A stretch of 28,472 nt of DNA from assembly GCA_965214935.1 (NCBI GenBank), contig CBDCCS010000008.1:1-28472 (forward strand). The letters run 5' to 3'. Source of the stretch: Candidatus Velthaea sp. (GTDB lineage: Bacteria > Vulcanimicrobiota > Vulcanimicrobiia > Vulcanimicrobiales > Vulcanimicrobiaceae). Shown in pieces: positions 1 to 9,458 of this stretch. The first letter of the stretch is position 1, and each line of letters opens with the position of its first letter. A program made the position numbers and the translations under genes. The notes beneath the pieces were generated by a model. It was not told the origin of the DNA, did no database searches, and saw nothing but the letters and a program-made list of their open reading frames with translations.

Positions 1-592
1 TGCGGAATGCGCCGCGCACTTTGCGGCGATTCGCGGTTACCTCGACAGCTTGGGTCTTGCATACGACTTCAATCCGCGGCTCGTGCGCGGTTTCGACTAT
101 TACACGCGCACTGTTTTTGAGATTACATCGCAAGCGCTCGGCGCGCAAAGCGCGATTTGCGGCGGCGGCCGGTACGACGGATTAGTCGAGTCGCTCGGCG
201 GTCCGCCGACGCCGGCCGTCGGCTTCGGCCTCGGGCTCGAACGCTTTCTCATGGTCGTCAAAGCGACCGGCGCCCCCGGCACGCCGATCCGGCGCGGCTA
301 CCAAGCAATTGCGCTCGGAGCAACGGCGCGCCAGGTGCTTGTGCCGATCGTTGCCGCATTGCGCTCGCTCACCGGAGCTCCGGCGTATATGGACTTTGCC
401 GATCGCAAACTGACGGCGCACTTCAAAACTGCCGATCGGAACCGTGCGCGCTATGCACTCATCGTCGGCGATGATGAGGTCGCGGCCGGCCGCGTCGTCG
501 TGCGCGATTTAATCAGCCGGGAAGACCGGCACGTTCCGGCGTCCGGAGGTACGGCAGATACCGCCCGCGCGTTGGTCGAAGCTACGGCGTAG
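1..592 (+). CDS. hisS: Histidine--tRNA ligase, 3' part (runs in from window start)
   Basis: Frame open from base 2 (AECAAHFAAIRGYLDSLG...). Contains LVRGFDYYTRTVFE, GGGRYDGL and motif 3 GFGLGLER, then the anticodon-binding domain. TAG stop at 590-592. Confidence 0.97.
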   Translation, partial: AECAAHFAAIRGYLDSLGLAYDFNPRLVRGFDYYTRTVFEITSQALGAQSAICGGGRYDGLVESLGGPPTPAVGFGLGLERFLMVVKATGAPGTPIRRGYQAIALGATARQVLVPIVAALRSLTGAPAYMDFADRKLTAHFKTADRNRARYALIVGDDEVAAGRVVVRDLISREDRHVPASGGTADTARALVEATA

Positions 593-1075
593 ATGGACGA
601 CAACGAGGCTTCGCGCGTTCGCGCGTTCGGCGAGATCTTACGTGAGTTCGATCTCGATGCGCTGCGCGTTAAGATCGGCGAGGCGGAGTACGAGTTGATC
701 CGGCGCGAAGCGCAGACGCCGATGGCTATGCCGATGCCGTTGCCCATCGGGTATCCGCCGCTCCCGGGACCGAACGGCTTAGCCGCCGGCCAGCCCGCTG
801 CGCCTGCAATCCCGGCCGCCGGGACCGCCCCGGACCGTGCGCTCAAGGTGATCGCTCCCGTCGTCGGCGTGTTTTATCGCTCGGCGACGCCGGGTGACGA
901 GCCGTTCGTGTCCGTCGGCGACCGCGTCGCGGTTGGTCAACCGCTCTGTATCCTCGAAGCGATGAAACTCATGAACGAGATCACCAGCGACTTTGCCGGA
1001 ATCGTTACCCGCATACTGCCGGAAAACGGCGAACTCGTTCGGCTCAATGAGGAATTATTTTGGATCGAACCATAG
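593..1075 (+). CDS. accB: Acetyl-CoA carboxylase biotin carboxyl carrier protein
   Basis: Pro/Ala-rich linker, APVVGVFYRS, and biotinylation motif EAMKLMNEI. ATG directly follows the hisS stop. Confidence 0.95.
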   Translation: MDDNEASRVRAFGEILREFDLDALRVKIGEAEYELIRREAQTPMAMPMPLPIGYPPLPGPNGLAAGQPAAPAIPAAGTAPDRALKVIAPVVGVFYRSATPGDEPFVSVGDRVAVGQPLCILEAMKLMNEITSDFAGIVTRILPENGELVRLNEELFWIEP

Positions 1076-1653
1076 ATTTTCGCGCGCAACGCGGCTTTAC
1101 GGAACTGCTCGCGGACCGTCAAGGCCTGCTCGACGCGCCGCACTACCCCCAGCAAGTCGAAGCCATCGTCACAGCGATGGTCGGCGCGTTTCGCGGCGGC
1201 AACAAAGTGCTATGGTTTGGTAACGGCGGCAGCGCCGCCGACGCTCAGCATCTCGCAGCGGAATTCAGCGGACGCTTCTTGCGCGAGCGGCGCGGTTTGC
1301 ATTCCGAGTCGCTGTCCGTCAACACGTCGGCGCTTACCGCAATCTCAAACGATTTCGGTTACGAACACGTCTTCGAGCGCCAGATGGAATCGTTCGCGGC
1401 ACCCGGCGATGTGGTTGTCGGATTGACGACCAGTGGCTCGTCGAAGAATATCGTCCTTGCGCTCGAAGAAGCGAAACGCCGCGGTGCCGTGACGGTAACC
1501 TTCACCGGTAACGGCGGCGGCAAAGTTGCGCAGATCGCCGACCTTGCGCTCATCGGTCCGGACGGCTACTCTGCGATCATTCAAGAAGTGCATATCACGA
1601 TGGGCCACATCATCTGCGACCTCGTCGAGCAGGCGTTGATCTTCAACGCATGA
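1060..1653 (+). CDS. gmhA: D-sedoheptulose 7-phosphate isomerase (SIS domain)
   Basis: GNGGSAADAQHLAAEF, TAISNDFGYE, TTSGSS and IQEVHI motifs. TTG start overlaps accB. Confidence 0.95.
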   Translation: MDRTIDFRAQRGFTELLADRQGLLDAPHYPQQVEAIVTAMVGAFRGGNKVLWFGNGGSAADAQHLAAEFSGRFLRERRGLHSESLSVNTSALTAISNDFGYEHVFERQMESFAAPGDVVVGLTTSGSSKNIVLALEEAKRRGAVTVTFTGNGGGKVAQIADLALIGPDGYSAIIQEVHITMGHIICDLVEQALIFNA

Positions 1654-1675
1654 GTCGTGGCGCACAAGGTGACGC

Positions 1676-2197
1676 ATGAAGCGCGCCGCGTTTCTCGATC
1701 GTGACGGCACGCTAATCGACGATGTCGGCTTCGTTCACAAGCGTGAGGACGTGCGCGTACTGCCGACCGTCGTCGAAGCGCTTCGCGTGCTCGGTGACGC
1801 CGGGTATGCGCGTGTGATCGTCACCAACCAATCCGGTGTCGCGCGCGGCTATTTCGACGAAGCCGCCGTGCACGCAATCAATGCCGAGCTGGTCGACCGG
1901 CTGGCCGTCGAGGGCGTGGAAGTCGATGCGTTTTATTTTTGTCCGCATTACGACGCCGGGTGTGATTGCCGCAAACCTGAAGCCGGAATGATTCGGCAAG
2001 CCGCGCGCGAGCACGACATTGATATCGCTCGCAGCGTAGTCGTCGGCGACCGCGACACCGATGTCGAGTTGGGTCAACGGCTGGGTATCCCGGGCATTCT
2101 CGTCGATAGTGCCTTACGCTATGCCGGTCCGGAGCCGGACTTTCGGGCGCGAACCCTGCTCGAAGCCGCGCAGTGGATCGTGCGGCGTGGAGCTTAG
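1676..2197 (+). CDS. gmhB: D-glycero-manno-heptose 1,7-bisphosphate phosphatase (HAD-IIIA)
   Basis: FLDRDGTL, VTNQSGVARG, Zn-binding CPH...CDCRKP and VGD motifs, located between gmhA and the heptose kinase. Confidence 0.92.
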   Translation: MKRAAFLDRDGTLIDDVGFVHKREDVRVLPTVVEALRVLGDAGYARVIVTNQSGVARGYFDEAAVHAINAELVDRLAVEGVEVDAFYFCPHYDAGCDCRKPEAGMIRQAAREHDIDIARSVVVGDRDTDVELGQRLGIPGILVDSALRYAGPEPDFRARTLLEAAQWIVRRGA

Positions 2198-3179
2198 TCT
2201 CATCGAAGTCCCGACCGCAAGCGATATGCTCGCCCGTATGGCGGGCCGGCGTGTCGTCGTGATCGGCGACGTCATGCTCGACGAGTGGATCTGGGGGCGC
2301 GTCAGCCGCATATCGCCCGAAGCACCCGTCCCCGTAGTAACGGTCGACAATCACTCGTTCACGTTGGGCGGCGCCGGCAATGTCGCAAATAACTTGCGTG
2401 CACTCGGCGCTAGTGTCGCGTTCGTCGGCGCAATCGGCCGCGATCCGGAAGGCGAACGCGCGTGTGCTCTTTTCGACGAGATCGCCGTGGACACGCGCGG
2501 GATCGTCGCTCTGAGCGACCGGCCGACGACGCGCAAGACGCGGGTCGTCGCGCACAATCAGCAAGTCGTGCGCGCCGATTGGGAATCGACAGCGCCGCTG
2601 AGCGTAGCGGACCGGGCGCTGGCCGTCGAGCATGTCGTCGATGCGATCGAACGCGCGGATGCCGTCGTGCTGAGCGATTACGGCAAAGGCTTTTTATCGC
2701 GCGAGATCGTTGAAGCGGCACTCGCATGCCCGCTCGTAATCGCCGATCCCAAACCGGAGAATCTCGCGATGTTCGCGGGCGTCAACTGCGTCGCGCCCAA
2801 TGTAACGGAGGCCGCGCGCGCGACGGGCATTGCAATCGTCGATAGCGCGTCGCTGGAACTTGCCGGCCGGATGCTGCTCAATCGGCTCGGCTGTCACGAC
2901 GTGATCATTACCCGTGGCGAAGCCGGAATGTCGCTCTTCGGCCGCGACGGCGAGCGGATCGACATGCCGTCGGTCGCGCGTACGGTGTTCGACGTCAGCG
3001 GTGCGGGCGACACCGTCGTTGCGGTGCTGACGCTGGCACTGGCTGCGCGAATTCCGATTCAAACCGCCATGCAACTCGCGAATTTTGCCGCCGGTGCCGT
3101 GGTTGAGAAACTCGGAACGGCGACCGCTTCGCCCGCCGAAATTATCGCGTTGCTGGAGCACGATGGCAGCCGGCGCTGA
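2187..3179 (+). CDS. rfaE1: D-glycero-beta-D-manno-heptose-7-phosphate kinase (HldE domain I, PfkB family)
   Basis: IGDVMLDEWIWGRVSRISPEAPVPVV, GGAGNVA, SDYGKG and DVSGAGDTV motifs. Start placed at GTG 2187, overlapping gmhB, rather than the ORF-track start at 2061. Confidence 0.93.
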   Translation: MELSLIEVPTASDMLARMAGRRVVVIGDVMLDEWIWGRVSRISPEAPVPVVTVDNHSFTLGGAGNVANNLRALGASVAFVGAIGRDPEGERACALFDEIAVDTRGIVALSDRPTTRKTRVVAHNQQVVRADWESTAPLSVADRALAVEHVVDAIERADAVVLSDYGKGFLSREIVEAALACPLVIADPKPENLAMFAGVNCVAPNVTEAARATGIAIVDSASLELAGRMLLNRLGCHDVIITRGEAGMSLFGRDGERIDMPSVARTVFDVSGAGDTVVAVLTLALAARIPIQTAMQLANFAAGAVVEKLGTATASPAEIIALLEHDGSRR

Positions 3180-3666
3180 TGCGTACGCGGGCCGCATCCT
3201 CGATACCGATGCGGCCGTTGCCTGGCGCGCCGAGCAACTCGCTGCGGGCCGCGTCGTCGTCTTCACCAACGGCTGTTTCGATCTGCTCCACGCCGGTCAC
3301 GTTCACTATCTTGCCTGGGCGCGCGCGCAGGGTGATGCGCTCGTCGTCGGGCTCAATAGCGACGTATCGGTGCGCGCGCTCAAAGGCGCGCAGCGCCCAT
3401 TGACGCCGTTCGGCGATCGCGCCGCGGTGCTCGCTGCGTTACGTAGTATCGACGTCGTAACGGGCTTCGGCGAGCGGACCCCCGAAGTGTTGCTGGCCCG
3501 CCTCGCACCCGACATTCATGTGAAAAGCGCGCAGTACCGGATCGAGGAGTTGCCCGAGCGCTACGTGGTCGAATCGCATGGCGGCCGCATCGTACTCGCA
3601 CCGCATGAGTTCGGGAAAAGCACCACCGATATCGTCGCGCGCATTCGTAGCGTGAACGGCGCGTGA
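3163..3666 (+). CDS. rfaE2: D-glycero-beta-D-manno-heptose 1-phosphate adenylyltransferase (HldE domain II)
   Basis: VFTNGCFDLLHAGH, VGLNSDVSVRALKG and STTDI motifs. ATG 3163 is preceded by GGAG. Confidence 0.93.
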   Translation: MAAGADAYAGRILDTDAAVAWRAEQLAAGRVVVFTNGCFDLLHAGHVHYLAWARAQGDALVVGLNSDVSVRALKGAQRPLTPFGDRAAVLAALRSIDVVTGFGERTPEVLLARLAPDIHVKSAQYRIEELPERYVVESHGGRIVLAPHEFGKSTTDIVARIRSVNGA

Positions 3667-4880
3667 TCATTGCGATCACCGCGAACGGCCCGGGCGAATT
3701 CGCCGGCTGGGTGCGGCCGTTCTTGCACGAGTTCTATGCACGTGAACCGGCGGCCGACGTCCGGTTATTTTTTGTCCCCGATGATTATGCCACCGGCCGC
3801 GAAACCGACGTCGCACGCGAGCTATTTCCGCAGGCGCACGTTTATTCACCGCGCGAGTACGTGCAATTCGCGCTCGGCCGTTCGTTGCCGCATATGCCGC
3901 CGCGCGTGGATCGCGTGCAATATCTCGGCGGCGATTTGATGCATGCCGCCCGCGTGCATAAACGCCTAGGCGGCATCGCAACGTCCTACAAATTTTCGCG
4001 CAAGTCGTATCGGAACGAATTTAGCTGGAATTTTGCCGTCGATACAGCCAATCGCACGCAACTGCTGGGCTGGGGTGTGCGCGCCGATACCATTAGCGTC
4101 GTCGGTAATTTAGCGATCGATGGTGCGCTCGCCGAATCATCGGGTGCGTACGGCGATGCGGCCAGCGACGCGGCCGCCGACGGCATCATTCTGCTGCCCG
4201 GTTCGCGTAAACACGAAGTCGCGAACCTCTACTCGTTTTTCGTCGCCGTCGCGATCGCGCTGCGCCGGCGTTTGGCTGACGTCCCGATTGCTTTCGGACG
4301 CTCGCCGTTTACCACCGATAGCGAGCTGGACGGCGCGTTACGGGTAGCCGGCGATCCGCGCGCGTATGGGACGCCGGCGCAGCTGGCGGACGACGGCCGC
4401 ACGATCGTCAGCGGTGAATTTCGCTTTCCACTCGTGCGGGCAACGATGCGCAGCGCGGTTCGCGCGCGGTTGGCAATCTCGATTCCCGGCACGAAGCTCA
4501 TCGAACTCGCCGCCATCGGTACGCCGTCGATTTGCTGCCTGCCCATGAACGCACCGGAACTCGCGGTCATCAACGGCCCGCTGCAATACATCGGCAATTT
4601 GCCGGGCATCGGCAAGCCGCTCAAGCGCGCAGCGGCGATGGCGGTCACGCGGCGCTTCCGCTTTTTCGCCCAACCCAATATCGATGCGGAACGCGAGCTC
4701 ATCCCCGAGCTGAGCGGCACGCTCTTTCCGGCACGCGTTGCCACGGTTGCCGCCCGGCATTACGCCGACCGCGAGTGGTGCGCGCGCACCGGAGCGGAGT
4801 TGCGCGAGCGCTACGCCGTGCATGCCGGGGCTGCGAAGCGGATGACTGCCGCGCTCTTAGAACCGTCGAAACAGCCATGA
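3663..4880 (+). CDS. Lipid-A-disaccharide synthase (LpxB)-like GT-B glycosyltransferase
   Basis: N-terminal ANGPGE...WVRP, YLGGD, VVGNL, LLPGSRKHEV and IPGT motifs resemble the LpxB-like family of cyanobacteria and diderm Firmicutes. LPS gene context. GTGA overlap with rfaE2. Confidence 0.7.
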   Translation: MIIAITANGPGEFAGWVRPFLHEFYAREPAADVRLFFVPDDYATGRETDVARELFPQAHVYSPREYVQFALGRSLPHMPPRVDRVQYLGGDLMHAARVHKRLGGIATSYKFSRKSYRNEFSWNFAVDTANRTQLLGWGVRADTISVVGNLAIDGALAESSGAYGDAASDAAADGIILLPGSRKHEVANLYSFFVAVAIALRRRLADVPIAFGRSPFTTDSELDGALRVAGDPRAYGTPAQLADDGRTIVSGEFRFPLVRATMRSAVRARLAISIPGTKLIELAAIGTPSICCLPMNAPELAVINGPLQYIGNLPGIGKPLKRAAAMAVTRRFRFFAQPNIDAERELIPELSGTLFPARVATVAARHYADREWCARTGAELRERYAVHAGAAKRMTAALLEPSKQP

Positions 4881-5743
4881 AGTTCTCCGTCATCATTGCA
4901 ACCAAGGATCGGGCCGAGCGTCTCGATGCCGCGCTGTCATCACTTGCGTTGCAAGGTAATCCGCCGCCGTTCGAGATCATCGTGGTCGACAACGGCTCGA
5001 CCGACGCTACGCGTTCGATTGCGGAGAAACATCGCGTGCGGTACGAAATTGAACCGGTTCCGAACCGTGCTCGGGCGCGCAACCGCGGCGTTGCGGCTGC
5101 GTCGGGCTCGCATCTGCTCTTCGTCGACGACGACGTCATCGTGCCGGCCGGGTTTTTAGCGGTTCACGCGCGGGCGCAGAACGATTCGATTTTTCCTACG
5201 GCCGTGTCCGGCCCGATCGTCAATGTCGCGCATGCAAACGATCGTCCCTCGCCGTCGGCGGCGAATTACTCGGCGGCCTTCTTTTGCACGTGCAACGTCA
5301 GCATTCGCGCGTCGACGCTCGCGGCGGTCGGCGGCTTCGACGACCGCTTCGATTTGTACGGCTGGGAAGATACGGAGCTAGGGGTGCGCTTGCGCGCGTA
5401 CGACGTTCAGCGCGCGTTCGCGTGGGATGCGTACCTGTGGCACGTCAAGCCGCCGCACACGGAGACACTGGACACCGCGCTCATCAAGACGCTGGAAAAG
5501 GCGCGCATGGCGGCACGCTTCGTGCATAAATCGCCGACGACGCGCGCGCGCCTGGCGACCGGTGCTTATACGGCGAATCTGCTGCGCGGCAAAGCGCTTG
5601 GACCGCGGTTCGTTCAACCGTGGCTCGCCGGGATGGCGACGAGTCCGCGCGTGCCGGCGCCGGTCGCGCAGTTTGCCCGTGGACGGCTGCTCGATAGTTT
5701 CTACGTCGACGAGCTCGCGCGCGCTTTGGGCACCGATCGCTAA
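4877..5743 (+). CDS. Glycosyltransferase family 2
   Basis: MKFSVIIATKDR, VVDNGSTD, ARNRG, FVDDD and YGWEDTELGVRL motifs. ATGA overlap at 4877-4880. Confidence 0.92.
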   Translation: MKFSVIIATKDRAERLDAALSSLALQGNPPPFEIIVVDNGSTDATRSIAEKHRVRYEIEPVPNRARARNRGVAAASGSHLLFVDDDVIVPAGFLAVHARAQNDSIFPTAVSGPIVNVAHANDRPSPSAANYSAAFFCTCNVSIRASTLAAVGGFDDRFDLYGWEDTELGVRLRAYDVQRAFAWDAYLWHVKPPHTETLDTALIKTLEKARMAARFVHKSPTTRARLATGAYTANLLRGKALGPRFVQPWLAGMATSPRVPAPVAQFARGRLLDSFYVDELARALGTDR

Positions 5744-6695
5744 GATTCTCCTGATCCGGCTGGACGGCATCGGCGATGCGCTGGTGTGCACGCCTTTGCT
5801 GGCGGCTTTGCGCGAGGCAGGGCACGACGTCGGCATGGCACTTTCCGGGCGCAATCGCGATATCTTCACGCCCGGCGTTCTGGATGCGCGACACGTGCTC
5901 GAACGAATACCTTGGCCACGCCACGGCTCGACCGCCGCGTCGGCGCGGACGGCGCGAGCGGAGATTGCCGCCGCTCGTTATGACATTGCGCTCATTGCTT
6001 CCGAAGAGCCCGAAGCGTACGACTTGGCGCGCGGCATTCCGGAGCGCAGCGGCTTTACAACGGGCTGGGCCAAGCCGCTCAAATCGCTTTGGGTGCACGG
6101 TAAACTTACGCAGCGCCTTCGACGCAGCGCCGCGCTCCGTTCCGACGATCGTCACGAGGTTGACATTGCATTCAGCTTAGGTCGACGTTTGCACGGCGAT
6201 ACGGCGCCGACGCGCGACCCGCAGCGGCTGCGGCCGTTGCTTCTCGCCGAGCCTGCGTCGCCGACCGGTCGCAGAGAAGCGCCGATCGTCGTGCAGTTAG
6301 GCACCAAGTGGTCGACGATCGGCGTTGAGACCGCTGCAGCCAAAGCGCTTGTCGCAGCCTTGGTCGCGCGCGGAGCTCGCCTCGTCGCGAGTTCCGGGGA
6401 GGCGACCGCAGCTCTGGCAATGAGCGGCGGCGCTCCGGTGACGCTCTGCCCAGACGTCTCGGTCTGGAAGAAGGCCATCTCCGACGCGCGGCTCGTCGTC
6501 ACGCCCGATACCGGTGCGGCCCACCTGGCCGGCATGCTCGGCATCCCGGTGGTCGACGTGTTCGCCGACGCGAACGCAACGGCGCACATTGCACGCTGGC
6601 ATCCGTGGGCCGCCCCATACGTTGCGCTCGTCGCCGCCGACCTCAACGGCGGTCGCGGTCAAGCGCGTATCGAACAGGCCGTCGATGCGCTCTAA
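5736..6695 (+). CDS. Glycosyltransferase family 9 (heptosyltransferase-like); start codon uncertain
   Basis: KILLIRLDGIGDAL N-terminal motif and TPDTGAAHLAGMLGIPVV C-terminal motif. Homology begins at ATC 5736; the nearest upstream canonical in-frame start is GTG 5679. Confidence 0.85.
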   Translation: MAKILLIRLDGIGDALVCTPLLAALREAGHDVGMALSGRNRDIFTPGVLDARHVLERIPWPRHGSTAASARTARAEIAAARYDIALIASEEPEAYDLARGIPERSGFTTGWAKPLKSLWVHGKLTQRLRRSAALRSDDRHEVDIAFSLGRRLHGDTAPTRDPQRLRPLLLAEPASPTGRREAPIVVQLGTKWSTIGVETAAAKALVAALVARGARLVASSGEATAALAMSGGAPVTLCPDVSVWKKAISDARLVVTPDTGAAHLAGMLGIPVVDVFADANATAHIARWHPWAAPYVALVAADLNGGRGQARIEQAVDAL

Positions 6696-7713
6696 CCGCG
6701 CGCTGCTGGTCGCCGCCGGCGGCGGAATCGGCGATACGTTGCTGGCAACGGTCGTCGCCCGCGCGCTGCGTTCGCATTATTCGGCTGTGGACGCCGCCGT
6801 CTTGCCGGTTCATCGTGAGCTCGTGGAGCGGGTGCCCGACATCGATCGCGTCTTCGCGTTCGACGGTTCGGTTTTCCGCGCCGGCGCGCTGACACTCGGC
6901 CGGCACTTGCGCAGCGATCGATTCGCCGCCGCCGTCGTCACCTGGGCGACGCTCGGCACCGCTCTGCTGCCGCTCCGCGCCCGCATTCCCGTCCGCGTCG
7001 GCCAAGCACGCCGCCTGTATTCGGGCTTGTTCACCGAACGCGTCGTCGTTCGCAGCGAACGAGGCGATCGAACGACGCACTGGTCGCAGATTCTGCTCGA
7101 CTACGCGCGTGCGTTGCAGTGCGATACAGCCGACGCGCAGCCGCTGCTCGTGCCGACCGCCGCCGACCGCCAGACGGCCGCGGAGCTCTTGCGGCTCAAC
7201 GAAGCCGGCGACGGCTTTGCGCTACTGCATCCGACACGCGGGTTATCGGCGCAGCGCAATCGCTGGCCCGTCGCCGGCTTTATCGAACTCGCGCGGATGC
7301 TCGAGCGCCGCGAGCCGTTGGCGTTGCTTGTGACCGGGTCGGCAGCGGACGGCGGCGTTGCACGCGCCATCGCCCAGGCTTCCGGGCCGCGGACGCGATC
7401 GATCGCCGGCGCCACGACACTAGGAACGTTCGCTGCCTTAGCCCAGCGTGCGAACTACGTCGTCGCGATGGATAGCGGGCCGATGCACGTTGCCGCAGCC
7501 GCGGGCGCGCCGACCGTCGGCATCTTCGCGCTGCAGTCCGATGAGCCGGATCGCTGGGCACCGCTTGGCGCTCGCACGGCCGTCGTACGCGCCGTCTATC
7601 CGTGTCCGCCGGCGCACCGAAAAGAAACCTGCCCGGACTTCGCTTGCGTGCGCGCGCTCGACATTCCGCAGATTCTCAAAGCGGTCGATGCGGTGGCGCC
7701 GATCCGCCGATAG
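6685..7713 (+). CDS. Glycosyltransferase family 9 (heptosyltransferase-like)
   Basis: GGGIGDTLL, RWP, MDSGPMHVAAAAGAPTVGIF motifs and a C-terminal CPP...CPDFAC. ATG 6685 overlaps the previous stop. Confidence 0.92.
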   Translation: MRSNRALLVAAGGGIGDTLLATVVARALRSHYSAVDAAVLPVHRELVERVPDIDRVFAFDGSVFRAGALTLGRHLRSDRFAAAVVTWATLGTALLPLRARIPVRVGQARRLYSGLFTERVVVRSERGDRTTHWSQILLDYARALQCDTADAQPLLVPTAADRQTAAELLRLNEAGDGFALLHPTRGLSAQRNRWPVAGFIELARMLERREPLALLVTGSAADGGVARAIAQASGPRTRSIAGATTLGTFAALAQRANYVVAMDSGPMHVAAAAGAPTVGIFALQSDEPDRWAPLGARTAVVRAVYPCPPAHRKETCPDFACVRALDIPQILKAVDAVAPIRR

Positions 7714-7792
7714 CCCTGCCTTGGTATTCGATACCAAGAAGTCCGAAAGCAACGTAGCGGCGCGTCGGTAAGAGGCGGCGAATATCAGCGCC

Positions 7793-8011
7793 GTGATGGA
7801 TATGTCGTCGGACATCGTCGGCCGGATCGGCCGGGTCAGCGGGACGGTCGGACCGGGCCGGCTCGGCGAAGTGATGGTCCCGATTCGCGGTGGTACCGAA
7901 GCCTTTCACGCGCGCTGTGCGCAAGCCGATGCGGTGCTCCCGGTCGGTGCGCGGATCGTCGTCGTCGAGTATTTCCCCCCGCGAACCGTTTTGATTAGTG
8001 CTGCTGCATGA
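7793..8011 (+). CDS. Small NfeD C-terminal (OB-fold)-like protein, flotillin partner
   Basis: VGRIGRV...GEVMVPIRGGTEAF...LPVGARIVVVEY pattern, immediately upstream of a flotillin gene. Confidence 0.75.
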   Translation: MMDMSSDIVGRIGRVSGTVGPGRLGEVMVPIRGGTEAFHARCAQADAVLPVGARIVVVEYFPPRTVLISAAA

Positions 8012-8024
8012 TGGAAGTACGTCG

Positions 8025-9458
8025 ATGACTGCTGTTGGCGAAACGCTCATCCTTTGGGCCGGCGCGTTGGTCGTGCTCTTCGTGCTCGCCATTCTTATTT
8101 TTCGCATGATGTGGCGCGTCGCCGAGCCGAACGAAGCGCTGATTATCTCCGGTTTACATCACAAGCGTCATCCGGAATTCGGCGAGAGCTTAGGCTTTAA
8201 AATCGTGACCGGAACCGGAACCTTCGTGTTGCCCGGCATTCAGGTCGTGCGCAAACTTTCACTCGATCTCAGTGAATCGGAACTCGCGGTCGAGTGCGTC
8301 ACGCGCCAAGGTATCCCGGTCAAGCTTAAAGCCGTCGTGATCTACAAAGTCGGCGACGATTTTGCCTCGATCGCAAACGCCGCTCGGCGCTTCCTCGATC
8401 AACAAGACAAAATGGACGTGCGCATCACCAACGTATTCGCCGGCCATTTGCGCGCCATCATCGGCTCGCTCACGATCGAAGAGATCATTCGCGAACGCGA
8501 TAAGCTGACCGAAGCTACGCGTTCGGCATCCGGCACGGAGATGGAGAAACTCGGGCTCGTGGTCGACTCGCTGCAAATTCAAGAAGTCGACGATCCGACC
8601 GGGTACATCGCGAACCTCGCGCGTCCGCACGCCGCCGCAGTGATGAAAGAAGCGCGTATCGCCGCTGCCCAAGCCGATCGCGAAGCCACCGAAACCGAAC
8701 AAGCCTCCGAAGCGCTCAAGGCGGCGGCCGTGCGCGAAAGTAAAATCAAACAGTCGTCGTTTCAAGCCGACATCGATAAAGCTGCAGCGCAAGCAAAACT
8801 ATCCGGTCCGCTCGCCGAGGCGATTACACGCCAAAGTGTCGTTATCGAAGAGACGAAAATCGCTGAGTTGGAAGCGGCCAAACGCGAGCAAGAATTACTG
8901 GTAACGGTGCGCCGTCCGGCCGATGCGGCCGCTTATGAAAAGAAGACGAATGCCAGCGCTCAGCGCGATGCCGACATCGCCGCCGCCGAAGCGAAAGCGC
9001 GCCAAGTCGAGCTTAGTGCCGAGGCGGATGCCAAGCGCGTCCGGCTCGCCGCATCGGCGCAAGCGGAGTCGTTACGTACGATCGGCGATGCTGAAGCGTC
9101 CGCCACCCAAGCCAAAGGGCTCGCCGAAGGCGAGGCGATCAAAGCACGTGGTTTAGCCGAAGCCGATTCTCTCGAAGCGCGTGCCGCGGCCCTCGCTCAG
9201 AACCAGGAAGCGGTCATCGGACAACAGCTGGCCGAGCACTGGCCGCAAATCGTTGAAGCCGCGGCCAAAGCGATCGGCGGCATCGATCAGATGATCGTGC
9301 TCAACGGCGCGCAAGGCGTTAGCGACTTGCTCGCGCAGACGTTGTCGCAAGGCGTTGCGGGCTTGGCCATGGCGCGCAAGGTCATCGGGCAGACCCTCAA
9401 CGGCCAAGTCGCGTCGTCAAACGGCGTAACACCAATCAATCGCGACACGCGTGACTGA
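8025..9458 (+). CDS. Flotillin / SPFH (band 7) family protein
   Basis: N-terminal TM helix, WRVAEPNEALIISG, SPFH core (VTRQGIP, AARRFL, GHLRAIIG, LGLVVDSLQI) and Ala/Glu-rich flotillin repeats (AEAKA, GLAEGEA). Start placed at ATG 8025. Confidence 0.93.
   Translation: MTAVGETLILWAGALVVLFVLAILIFRMMWRVAEPNEALIISGLHHKRHPEFGESLGFKIVTGTGTFVLPGIQVVRKLSLDLSESELAVECVTRQGIPVKLKAVVIYKVGDDFASIANAARRFLDQQDKMDVRITNVFAGHLRAIIGSLTIEEIIRERDKLTEATRSASGTEMEKLGLVVDSLQIQEVDDPTGYIANLARPHAAAVMKEARIAAAQADREATETEQASEALKAAAVRESKIKQSSFQADIDKAAAQAKLSGPLAEAITRQSVVIEETKIAELEAAKREQELLVTVRRPADAAAYEKKTNASAQRDADIAAAEAKARQVELSAEADAKRVRLAASAQAESLRTIGDAEASATQAKGLAEGEAIKARGLAEADSLEARAAALAQNQEAVIGQQLAEHWPQIVEAAAKAIGGIDQMIVLNGAQGVSDLLAQTLSQGVAGLAMARKVIGQTLNGQVASSNGVTPINRDTRD

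Noticed and set aside
3085..3200. Frameshifted bifunctional hldE
   Set aside because: The second domain has its own GGAG and ATG (3163), and split rfaE1/rfaE2 genes are common.
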